A stretch of 64,000 nucleotides of DNA from Gemmatimonadota bacterium (GTDB lineage Bacteria; Gemmatimonadota; Gemmatimonadetes; Gemmatimonadales; Gemmatimonadaceae). Each line of letters starts with the position of its first letter. Position 1 is the stretch's first letter. The notes under the pieces are model-generated. The model saw nothing but the letters and a program-made list of their open reading frames with translations, made no database searches and was not told the DNA's origin. Location: assembly GCA_947471365.1 (NCBI GenBank), contig CANIWQ010000003.1, forward strand, positions 705 through 64,704. Direction: 5' to 3'. The position numbers and the translations under genes are program-made. Positions 54,122 to 62,466 of the stretch are shown in pieces.

Positions 54122-55278
54122 CGTGCTTTCGGCCGCTCCGATTCCTTGAAGAGGTACACCCCCGTTTCCACCCGCGGACCCTTCTCGTCGCACACGGCAA
54201 AGGTGCCGCCCTCGTACGCATTCCCGCCGGCGTAGCGACCATCCTTTGAGAGCGCGTAGAAGCTCAGGTCAAAATACGGGCGCCCGCGATCGTCGAGCAG
54301 GCGCTTCTCGGTCATCGCGATCACGCGCTCCATCACTTTGATGAGCGCCGTCTGCGGATCCATCCCCTGCCGCATGAACTCCACCGCAAGGAACCCACCG
54401 CACACCATGATGTTCGATTCGCCACGCCCCGTGGAACCGGCCGCGCCGACGGTATTGTCGCAATACTGCCCCGCCCCGATGATCGGTGAATCGCCAATAC
54501 GGCCGGGCACCTTCCACGAAATACCGCTGGTGGTCGTTACCGAACTGATGTCACCGGTCGCGTTGACCGCGTCCATGTTGATGGTGCCATGCGTCCAGTT
54601 GAGTTCGCCATCGCCAGCGCCCTGCGGTTTACCCGCTGCGCCCTTGGGCGCGTGCGCGGCGTTCCACTTGAGCCAGGCCTGACGTTTGTCTTCGTTGGTC
54701 CATCCGTCCTTGCGGCCCGCAGCCTTCCACTTGAGCCAATCCTGCTTCGACTTCTCCGTCAGTAAATTCTGCTCTTGAAACCCCATCGCGAGCGCGAACC
54801 GCTTGGCGTCCTGCCCCACAAGCATGATGTGCTCGGTGTATTCCATCACGGCCTTCGCCACGAGCGACGGGGTGGCAATCCCTTCAATCGCTGCCACCGA
54901 GCCGGCGCGCTTGGTGGGACCGTGCATGCAGCTGGCATCGAGCTGCACCACACCGTCCGCGTTGGGCAGTCCGCCAAGCCCGACGGACTGATCCTCGGGA
55001 TCGAGCTCCTGCGTGTTCACTCCTGCAATAATCGCGTCGAGGGTGTCGGCCCCGCCCGCGATTTTGTCGTAGGCAATCTTAATGCCTGCTGGCCGATCGG
55101 TGTGATACCCGTTGGTTGAACTGATGACCACGGGGCGACCACGAAACGAGGCCGGCGTCTGTGCCCGCGACCGCGCGCGCTCCACGTCCCACTCCTCGGC
55201 GCTAATCTCGCGCGGAAGAAATCCCAGGGCGGCCAGCGTGGCAGACTTCTCCAAAAACTCGCGACGGGTCGGCTTCAC
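54118..55278 (-). CDS. N4-(beta-N-acetylglucosaminyl)-L-asparaginase / isoaspartyl peptidase family Ntn hydrolase, Tat-exported
   Basis: Tat motif TRREFL, autoprocessing site HGTI and GAAGSTGRGE. Confidence 0.88.
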   Translation of the reverse strand: MKPTRREFLEKSATLAALGFLPREISAEEWDVERARSRAQTPASFRGRPVVISSTNGYHTDRPAGIKIAYDKIAGGADTLDAIIAGVNTQELDPEDQSVGLGGLPNADGVVQLDASCMHGPTKRAGSVAAIEGIATPSLVAKAVMEYTEHIMLVGQDAKRFALAMGFQEQNLLTEKSKQDWLKWKAAGRKDGWTNEDKRQAWLKWNAAHAPKGAAGKPQGAGDGELNWTHGTINMDAVNATGDISSVTTTSGISWKVPGRIGDSPIIGAGQYCDNTVGAAGSTGRGESNIMVCGGFLAVEFMRQGMDPQTALIKVMERVIAMTEKRLLDDRGRPYFDLSFYALSKDGRYAGGNAYEGGTFAVCDEKGPRVETGVYLFKESERPKAR

Positions 55279-55358
55279 GAACGCTCCAGATAAAAAGGTC
55301 TTCCCGCTATTGTAGCGCGAGAACGCGCACCACGCGACGGCTCTTCACCGAACCACCG

Positions 55359-56072
55359 CTAGAGATCACCATACCGGCTCGGCGCACGCTCGGCCACCCA
55401 CGCGCGGAGAGCACGGTGAATCGAACGTTCCACCGCCGCACTCGCCAAATCACCAGGGTGCAACGCGATGCGCATCACGGGCACGCGACGTTGGAGCGTC
55501 CAGCGCAGCTGCGCCTGCACGTTCGAGCCCCAGCTCCGGAAGGCACCTCGCGCGCTCCAGCGTAGCACCGGCGAGCGACGCACCGTGCCAGCTGTATGCA
55601 CGTAAATCGTGGCATCATCTTCACTCACCGCCAACCCCGCGTTCCGCGCGGCCACGTGCGTGTCGGGCCGCGCGAGCCACGCGGGTGGCACAAACCCAAT
55701 AGGTGTCAGCCCCTGCGCCGTGAGTCGAGCAATACCGCGATCTATACGCGCCCGCGCCTGCGGGAGATCGAGGGTCAAAAACTCTCCCTCCTTGTTGGTG
55801 CGACCCACGGCGCGCCACTCGTCCCGCCAGCCGCGCGGCAGTCCAACTTCGTCGTGCCGTTCCCCGTGCAGAAAAATTTCCGCACCCTCCGCGGCGCGCG
55901 CGCGCACCCAACGCACGAACGATTCATCCTGCTCGATGGGTGCCTCGCCGTGCCAGTCAGGAATCACGAGCAGGCCCGGCACAATGCCGTGCGCGGCGCA
56001 CATGCTCCAGAGCGTCTCCACTCTGGGCTGTAGCGCCGGCGTGACATCGTGAATCGTGACGAGGAGTGCCAT
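55359..56072 (-). CDS. DUF2334-type polysaccharide deacetylase-like protein
   Basis: LLVTIHDVTP..., LLVIPDWHG and FLHGERHDE. ATG 56072 lies 2 nt after the upstream stop. The longer ORF to 56540 is Arg/Gly-rich and overlaps the GT gene. Confidence 0.7.
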   Translation of the reverse strand: MALLVTIHDVTPALQPRVETLWSMCAAHGIVPGLLVIPDWHGEAPIEQDESFVRWVRARAAEGAEIFLHGERHDEVGLPRGWRDEWRAVGRTNKEGEFLTLDLPQARARIDRGIARLTAQGLTPIGFVPPAWLARPDTHVAARNAGLAVSEDDATIYVHTAGTVRRSPVLRWSARGAFRSWGSNVQAQLRWTLQRRVPVMRIALHPGDLASAAVERSIHRALRAWVAERAPSRYGDL

Positions 56073-56074
56073 GA

Positions 56075-57343
56075 TTAGCGCCGCAGCACGGAGGCATACA
56101 CCGCGAAGATGCGGTCGAATACGGCATCCCACGAATGGTCGCGCTCGGCGTACTGTCGCCCCAGTGCGCCGAGCGCGCTGAGGTCGGCGGCCAGAAGCGC
56201 CACCGCCTCCTCCGCGAGCGAGGCGGCTTGGCCGCTCACAAAGCACCGACCGGCGCCACTCGCCTTCACTTGTTCCCCAATCCCGCCGCGGTCTGCGGCC
56301 AGCACCGGCGTACCGCTGGCCAGTGCCTCGAGCGCCGACAGGCCGAACGTTTCGACGGAACAGGGGCCCACGTAGATGTCGAGCGCGGCGATCAGGTCGG
56401 CGAGGCGATCCCGATCTGTTTCGTAGGGCAGGATCCGCGCCCACGGGGCGTCGCGAAGCCGGCTTTCGAGTTGTGATCGCATGGGCCCGTCCCCGATCAG
56501 CACGAGCTTCGCGCGGGTGCGGGCGTACACCTGCGGCCACGCATCGAGGAGCACGTCCAACTCTTTCTCTACCGCAAAACGCCCAACGAAACCCGCGAGT
56601 GGGCCGTCGGTCAATCCGTATCGCGCCCGCGTCTCCGTGCGCCGCGCGCGACGTTCTGGCGTGTAGTGCGCGAGATCCACCCCAAGGGGAATCCGCGTCA
56701 CGCGCTCGACACCGGCGCGGCGCAGATCATCCGCGGCGAACTCCGAGCAGGCAATGGTGTGGGCAAAATGCTTGTCGATGGTGCGCGCGTATTTCCAGGC
56801 CAGATCACCGAGCGCGCGCCGCACACCGCCCGCTTTCTCGGGGAATGGCGAGAAGAGGCGCGGAAAGTTGCTGTGGTAGAACGCCACCACGGGGATGTCG
56901 AGCCCACGCGACGCGACGCGCGCAATCCACGGCACGAGTCCTGGACTGCCCACTTCAATCACGTCTGGTCGCTCGTGGAGCATGACCTGGCGGTTGGTGC
57001 GCGTGGCCAGCATGAAGCGATACGGCGCCTGCGTCGGCACCCGGGGGCCGCGCAGGCGGTAGCAGCGCACGCCGTCGCTTTCGGAGAGTGCATCGCGGGA
57101 GCCGGGGAGTACGAGAACTTGGCGGAGCTCCGGCCGAGCCTCCACGTAGCGCGCCTTGGCCCGCAAATACGTGCGAATGCCGCCCGTGGTATCGCCGTAG
57201 AATTCGGTAATATCGAGAACCCCGAGCCGAGCGCTCGGGCGCAGCGGCACGGGAAAGCTGGTCTGCGCCAGATTTATGGCCGACGCTCGTAACACGGCGT
57301 CGGGCAGGAAGATACGATCGAGCAGGGGGCCGGAGTCGATCAC
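56075..57343 (-). CDS. glycosyltransferase family 4 (GT-B)
   Basis: C-terminal motif ETFGLSALEALASGTPVLAADRGGIGEQV. Start uncertain (GTG 57343 or GTG 57295). The ORF extension to 57553 is not coding-like. Confidence 0.85.
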   Translation of the reverse strand: MIDSGPLLDRIFLPDAVLRASAINLAQTSFPVPLRPSARLGVLDITEFYGDTTGGIRTYLRAKARYVEARPELRQVLVLPGSRDALSESDGVRCYRLRGPRVPTQAPYRFMLATRTNRQVMLHERPDVIEVGSPGLVPWIARVASRGLDIPVVAFYHSNFPRLFSPFPEKAGGVRRALGDLAWKYARTIDKHFAHTIACSEFAADDLRRAGVERVTRIPLGVDLAHYTPERRARRTETRARYGLTDGPLAGFVGRFAVEKELDVLLDAWPQVYARTRAKLVLIGDGPMRSQLESRLRDAPWARILPYETDRDRLADLIAALDIYVGPCSVETFGLSALEALASGTPVLAADRGGIGEQVKASGAGRCFVSGQAASLAEEAVALLAADLSALGALGRQYAERDHSWDAVFDRIFAVYASVLRR

Positions 57344-57504
57344 GCGGCGGAGCGGCGGAGTTGTGGGATGCCGAACGTTACCTTGGGCCGATTCGCTTTC
57401 GCTACCTGCTGACGGCAGTCCACCGTAGCTTCCACATGATAGTTGTGGGATTCGGGAAGCACTCGACCGGGCGCAAGCTCGGCCACGATGGTGGGGAGGT
57501 TGTG

Positions 57505-57882
57505 ATGGCTGGTGTAAAGCTCGATGGCGCAGGCACACAGAAGATGAAGACACTCGAGGATGCCCTGATGGTGATCTCGAGTCTTCATGGGACGGTGGAG
57601 CGGATGGCGGTCGAGGTGAAGGCCAACAAGGGTGTGGGGATCATTCCGCAACAGATCAAGCGGGTGCTCGTTCCCCTCCAGGGGCAGCTCAAGGGGCAAT
57701 TTGGGCTCATCGCGGACCAGATCGCCGGGATGATTCTGGCGTCCAGCCGAGGCGGCGGCGGGGATCAGGCCCGCGTGCGCGTCATGCGAGAGCACGTGGC
57801 ACAGCTACGAACGGCGCTGGAGCTCGCGGCCAATAAGGTCAAGGCACAGCACGCCGTGGAGATCGAAAGCTCGGGTGACTGA
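57505..57882 (+). CDS. hypothetical helical protein
   Basis: GGAGG lies 5 nt before ATG 57505, with an alternative ATG at 57544. No family recognised. Divergent from the GT gene. Confidence 0.45.
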   Translation: MAGVKLDGAGTQKMKTLEDALMVISSLHGTVERMAVEVKANKGVGIIPQQIKRVLVPLQGQLKGQFGLIADQIAGMILASSRGGGGDQARVRVMREHVAQLRTALELAANKVKAQHAVEIESSGD

Positions 57883-58094
57883 ACCGGTGCGGGCAGGGTC
57901 CCCGAGCAACTTGGTCCAAAGGCGCACTTTAGTCCCCCCTTTCACCGACCGAAACTATCTCCTTCACCGGTGACATTTGGGTTGCTCGGCGCACTGTCGG
58001 AGAATACCTTACAACGCCGTCCTTATGTAACCTCTAGGCGAGCGACTTCTTGCCGCGACTCACCGTTCCTCTTCATTAGAAAAGGATCCGCTTA

Positions 58095-59414
58095 ATGTCC
58101 TTTTTCCGTCCGCGCCGGTACGCACCCGCTCTATTCGTAGCGGTTGCTTTGCTGGCGCTCGCCGCGTGTGGAGATCAGTACCCGAACTCCACGTTCACGC
58201 ACCTCACAGACAACAATCGAACGATTAGTGCGCTGTGGGATCGCCTCATGTTCCTCGGAACGGGCGTGTTCGTGTTCGTGGAGGCATTGCTGATTTTCAC
58301 GATCATCAAGTTTCGTAAGCGTCCTGGTGGGCCCAAGGCCAAGCAGATTCACGGCCATGCGGCGCTCGAGATCACGTGGACCGTCATTCCGGCGCTCATT
58401 CTCGTATTGATCGCTGTGCCGACGGTGCAGGCGATCTACACGACGCAGGCGAAGGCTCCGGACGGCTCCCTGAAGGTCGAGGTCATCGGGCATCAATGGT
58501 GGTGGGAGTTCCGCTATCCGGAACTCGGCGTGGTCACGGCCAACGAGCTGTACCTGCCGGCCGGTCGCACGGTGAGCTTTCAGCTCAACACGCGCGACGT
58601 CCTGCACTCGTTCTGGACGCCGCAGCTCGGCGGCAAGCGCGACCTGATTTCGAACCGCACCAACTGGATGTGGTATACGCCCGACCGCTCGCTCGCAGAA
58701 AATGCCTACAACGGATTCTGCGTCGAGTACTGCGGCACCTCGCACGCGAACATGCGCTTCCGCACGTTCGTGGTGTCGGAGGACAAGTTTGAGAGCTGGG
58801 CCAAGCATCAGGCGGGCATTGCCGCCGGTGCGCCGGTGCCCACCGCCGTGGCACCCGCAGCTGGCGCCCCCGTTGTGACGGGCGCTGCGATGGCTGGCAT
58901 GAAAATGCCCGCGGCCGCGGCCGTTGCGTCGGCCGCTCCTGTCGAAGAAGCCGTGGGCTACACTTTCCCGCTCGATAAACTGCCGGCGCACGTTGTCCCC
59001 ACGACACCCATGCCGACCGGCGAGAGCACGATCAAGTTCGACGACGCGCTCCTTGCCAGCGGAAACGCGGTGGCGGGTCGCGAGCTGCTCACGAACATGG
59101 CCAACTTGGGCAAGGCGCCCTGCCTCACCTGCCACGTGATCAAGGGTGAGATGGCGATGGTCAAGGATGACCAGGCCAAGGGACCGAACCTCACGCACTT
59201 TGGCGCGCGACACACGCTGGGCGGGGGACTGTTCAGCAGCGACCCGGCCACGCTGGCACGTTGGATTAAGAATGCGCCGGCCATGAAGCCCGGATCGATC
59301 ATGCCGACCCTGGGCGCCGGTGAATACAACGCGATGATCAAGCAGAAGCTGGCCAGCGGGCTCGACGACCGGCAGATCGCCGATATCGTCGCCTATCTGA
59401 AGTCGCTCAAGTAA
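58095..59414 (+). CDS. ctaC: cytochrome c oxidase subunit II with fused cytochrome c domain (caa3 type)
   Basis: Lipobox LALAAC, two TMs, CuA site HSFW...CVEYCGTSHANM and C-terminal CLTCH. Confidence 0.92.
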   Translation: MSFFRPRRYAPALFVAVALLALAACGDQYPNSTFTHLTDNNRTISALWDRLMFLGTGVFVFVEALLIFTIIKFRKRPGGPKAKQIHGHAALEITWTVIPALILVLIAVPTVQAIYTTQAKAPDGSLKVEVIGHQWWWEFRYPELGVVTANELYLPAGRTVSFQLNTRDVLHSFWTPQLGGKRDLISNRTNWMWYTPDRSLAENAYNGFCVEYCGTSHANMRFRTFVVSEDKFESWAKHQAGIAAGAPVPTAVAPAAGAPVVTGAAMAGMKMPAAAAVASAAPVEEAVGYTFPLDKLPAHVVPTTPMPTGESTIKFDDALLASGNAVAGRELLTNMANLGKAPCLTCHVIKGEMAMVKDDQAKGPNLTHFGARHTLGGGLFSSDPATLARWIKNAPAMKPGSIMPTLGAGEYNAMIKQKLASGLDDRQIADIVAYLKSLK

Positions 59415-59435
59415 GGCCCGAGGAGATACCTACCC

Positions 59436-61349
59436 ATGGCAAATACTGCCGCTACCCAGACGACGGCCGCACCACACGCCGCCTATGAGTCGGGCCTCTG
59501 GAGTTGGATTGCGACGGTCGATCACAAGCGGATCGGCACGCTCTATCTCTTCACGGCTCTGTTCTTCTTTTTGTTCGGTGGACTTGAGGCGTTCCTCATG
59601 CGCCTGCAGCTCGCCCAGCCGAACGGCCACGTGGTCTCAGCTGAGCTCTACAACCAGCTGTTCACGATGCACGGCACGACGATGGTGTTTCTTGCCATCA
59701 TGCCGTTGTCGGCCGCGTTCTTCAACTATCTGATTCCGCTGCAGATCGGTGCGCGCGACGTCGCGTTCCCGCGCCTCAACGCGTTCAGCTACTGGGTGTA
59801 CTTGCTCGGCGCCATTTTTATCACGGTGCCGATCTTCTTTGAGCTCGCACCGAACGGGGGTTGGTTCGGTTACGCGCCCTTGACCACCATCCAGTTCTCC
59901 GGCGGTCTGAACATCGACTTCTGGGTGATGGGTCTGCAGATCCTCGGCATCAGTTCGCTGGCCGCGGCGTTCAACTTCATCACGACGATCATCAATCTGC
60001 GCGCGCCCGGCATGACGCTCATGCGCATGCCGATGTTCACGTGGATGTCGTTCATCGTGCAGTTCCTGCTCATATTGGCCTTCCCGGCGATCACGGTCGC
60101 CCTCGTGTTCTTGCTGTTCGATCGCTTCTTCGGGACGAACTTCTACACGCTCGCCGCCGGCGCTGACCCACTGCTCTGGCAGCATCTGTTCTGGATCTTC
60201 GGACACCCCGAGGTCTACATCCTGATTCTGCCGGCCTTCGGCCTCGTGTCGGAGATTCTGCCGACCTTCTCGAAGAAGCCGTTGTTCGGCTATCACGTGA
60301 TGGTCTACTCGGGCATCATGATCGGCTTCCTCGGCTTCGGCGTGTGGGCGCACCACATGTTCGCGGTCGGCATGGGCGCCACGGCGGACGCCATCTTCGC
60401 GATGGCGACGATGCTCATCGCGATCCCGACCGGCGTGAAGATCTTCAACTGGATCGCCACGATGTGGGCGGGCGAAGTGTCGTTCACCACGCCGATGAAG
60501 TTCGCGATCGGCCTATTGGCGCTCTTCACCATCGGCGGCATCTCGGGCGTCATGCACAGCTCGGCGCCCGCCGACACGCAACAGACGGACACATACTTCG
60601 TCGTCGCCCACTTCCACTATGTGCTGTTCGGTGGATCGATCATGGGCATCTTCGGCGGTATTTATTTCTACTTCCCGAAGATGTTCGGCCGCTACATGAG
60701 CGAGTCACTGGGCAACTGGCATTTCTGGCTGAACTTCATCGGCATGAACCTCACGTTCTTCCCGATGCACTTCAGCGGCATGCTCGGCATGCCGCGCCGC
60801 ATCTATTCGTATGATGCCGGCCAAGGCTGGGAAAAGTTCAACATGGCGTCGACCATCGGCACGGTGCTGCTGATCATTGCCACGCTGATCTTTGTCATCA
60901 ACTTCCTCAAGAGCCGCAAGGGCGGCTCCGTTGCCCCGAACGACGCGTGGGGTGCCGGTACGCTTGAGTGGTCGATTCCGTCGCCGCCGCCAGATTACAA
61001 CTTTGCGCAGATTCCGACGGTCACGTCGCGCTACCCGCTCTGGGATCTGAAGCACCCAGAGATGACGTCCGACATTTCGCACGCGTCCCCTGACGCCGCG
61101 ACGGTTGCCGACGCGCATGCCGCGCCGATGCACGAAGAGACCGGCGGCAAGACCGCGGCAGAGCTCGGTATCCCCATGCCGTTCTCCACGTTGAAGCCGC
61201 TGTTTGCGGCGCTGGGGCTCGTCATTATGTTCGCCGGCCTGCTGTTCATGCACACCGACAAGTTCGCGCTGGCCATGACGACCACGATCGGCGGCGCCGC
61301 GCTGCTCATCGGGTCGCTCTACGCCTGGCTCACCAGCCCGCTCGAGTAA
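59436..61349 (+). CDS. ctaD: cytochrome c oxidase subunit I with a C-terminal 2-TM extension
   Basis: WIFGHPEVYILILPAFG, HHMF and VVAHFHYV. About 95 extra C-terminal residues contain two hydrophobic helices. Confidence 0.95.
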   Translation: MANTAATQTTAAPHAAYESGLWSWIATVDHKRIGTLYLFTALFFFLFGGLEAFLMRLQLAQPNGHVVSAELYNQLFTMHGTTMVFLAIMPLSAAFFNYLIPLQIGARDVAFPRLNAFSYWVYLLGAIFITVPIFFELAPNGGWFGYAPLTTIQFSGGLNIDFWVMGLQILGISSLAAAFNFITTIINLRAPGMTLMRMPMFTWMSFIVQFLLILAFPAITVALVFLLFDRFFGTNFYTLAAGADPLLWQHLFWIFGHPEVYILILPAFGLVSEILPTFSKKPLFGYHVMVYSGIMIGFLGFGVWAHHMFAVGMGATADAIFAMATMLIAIPTGVKIFNWIATMWAGEVSFTTPMKFAIGLLALFTIGGISGVMHSSAPADTQQTDTYFVVAHFHYVLFGGSIMGIFGGIYFYFPKMFGRYMSESLGNWHFWLNFIGMNLTFFPMHFSGMLGMPRRIYSYDAGQGWEKFNMASTIGTVLLIIATLIFVINFLKSRKGGSVAPNDAWGAGTLEWSIPSPPPDYNFAQIPTVTSRYPLWDLKHPEMTSDISHASPDAATVADAHAAPMHEETGGKTAAELGIPMPFSTLKPLFAALGLVIMFAGLLFMHTDKFALAMTTTIGGAALLIGSLYAWLTSPLE

Positions 61350-61365
61350 CAGGAGACCAGACCCA

Positions 61366-62064
61366 GTGGCTAACGCTCACGCAGCAGAATCCGCGTCACA
61401 CGCGCACGAACACGTGCACGAACACGTGCACGAACACGTGCACTACACGACGACCGGCCTCGATCACAAGAAGATTGCGATCTGGGCGTTTATCGGCTCG
61501 GAGTGCATGCTGTTCATCTCGCTCATTTCCACGTACCTGATCTACAAGGGGCGCTCAGTGGTTGGCCCCTTCCCGCACGAGGCGTGGACGAGCCCGTCGG
61601 GCCAGCTGTTCGCGCCCATCCTGAACATCCCGGTCACCTCGGCCTCGACGTTCGTGCTCCTGATGTCCTCGCTCTTCATGGTGCTCGCGCTCGAAGCCGT
61701 GGAGCACAAGGGCAATCCGGCGTATGCCAACAATATCCGAGGCAACTCCAAGTTCTGGCTGATGGCCACGGCCATCGCTGGCGCGACGTTCCTCGGCTTT
61801 CAGGCGTACGAGTTCACGTCGTTCGTGCACGAGGGGCTGACGATTCGCACGAACCTGTTCGGCTCGTCGTTCTTTACGCTCACCGGCTTCCACGGCGCCC
61901 ACGTCACCGTTGGCGTGCTCTGGATCCTGACGTTGTTCGCGATGGACTATTCGCGTGGCCTCACGAAGAAAGACACCGTGCTGGTGGACATCTGCGCGCT
62001 GTACTGGCACTTCGTGGACGTCGTCTGGATCGCGATCTTCACGCTCGTTTACCTCATCAAGTAA
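61366..62064 (+). CDS. ctaE: cytochrome c oxidase subunit III (5-TM form)
   Basis: FFTLTGFHGAHVTVG and YWHFVDVVWI. AGGAG lies 10 nt upstream of the GTG start. His-rich N-terminus. Confidence 0.9.
   Translation: MANAHAAESASHAHEHVHEHVHEHVHYTTTGLDHKKIAIWAFIGSECMLFISLISTYLIYKGRSVVGPFPHEAWTSPSGQLFAPILNIPVTSASTFVLLMSSLFMVLALEAVEHKGNPAYANNIRGNSKFWLMATAIAGATFLGFQAYEFTSFVHEGLTIRTNLFGSSFFTLTGFHGAHVTVGVLWILTLFAMDYSRGLTKKDTVLVDICALYWHFVDVVWIAIFTLVYLIK
61405..61440. repeat. 12-bp tandem repeat CACGAACACGTG x3 (in-frame, coding)
   Basis: Units at 61405-16, 61417-28 and 61429-40. They encode HEHVHEHVHEHV in the N-terminus of subunit III. Confidence 0.9.
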
Positions 62065-62076
62065 GGGGACCCGCGC

Positions 62077-62388
62077 ATGACCGACCACGAACACGCCGAC
62101 CACGCGCACGAGCACCCCACCTGGAAGCAGTACAAGTGGGTGGCGCTCATCCTCACGCTCATCACCGTTGTCGAGGTGTGGGTGTACTACACGCCGTTCA
62201 AGGACTCGCCGCTGTTTGTGCCGACGCTGCTCATCATGTCAGCGGTGAAGTTCGCGATCGTCGTGCTGTTTTACATGCACCTGCGCTACGACCACAAGCT
62301 TTTCAAAGCGCTCTTCACGGGGCCGCTGATCATCGCCATTTGCACGCTCACGGCGCTGATGTTCCTGTTTGGAAAGTTCTCCCTGTAA
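62077..62388 (+). CDS. ctaF: prokaryotic cytochrome c oxidase subunit IV family protein
   Basis: 103 aa with 3 TMs. The pattern YKWVALILTLITVVEV...KFAIVVLFYMHL is typical of caa3 subunit IV. Confidence 0.75.
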   Translation: MTDHEHADHAHEHPTWKQYKWVALILTLITVVEVWVYYTPFKDSPLFVPTLLIMSAVKFAIVVLFYMHLRYDHKLFKALFTGPLIIAICTLTALMFLFGKFSL

Positions 62389-62413
62389 CCCCGCGGCAAC
62401 GCAGAGTTTCAGC

Positions 62414-62449
62414 GGGCGCCGCCTCTCCAGGCGGCGCCCGATTGTTTTT
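62414..62449 (+). terminator. rho-independent terminator
   Basis: GGGCGCCGCC (62414-23), loop TCTCCA, GGCGGCGCCC (62430-39), then GATTGTTTTT. Confidence 0.75.
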
Positions 62450-62466
62450 CGCCTAGATTTCCACTC

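Noticed and set aside
57344-57553. N-terminal 70 aa of the long glycosyltransferase ORF (and 56073-56540 of the DUF2334 ORF)
   Set aside because: The extensions are Arg/Ser/Pro-rich and non-homologous. They overlap the divergent promoter region or the neighbouring gene, and internal starts give canonical family N-termini.
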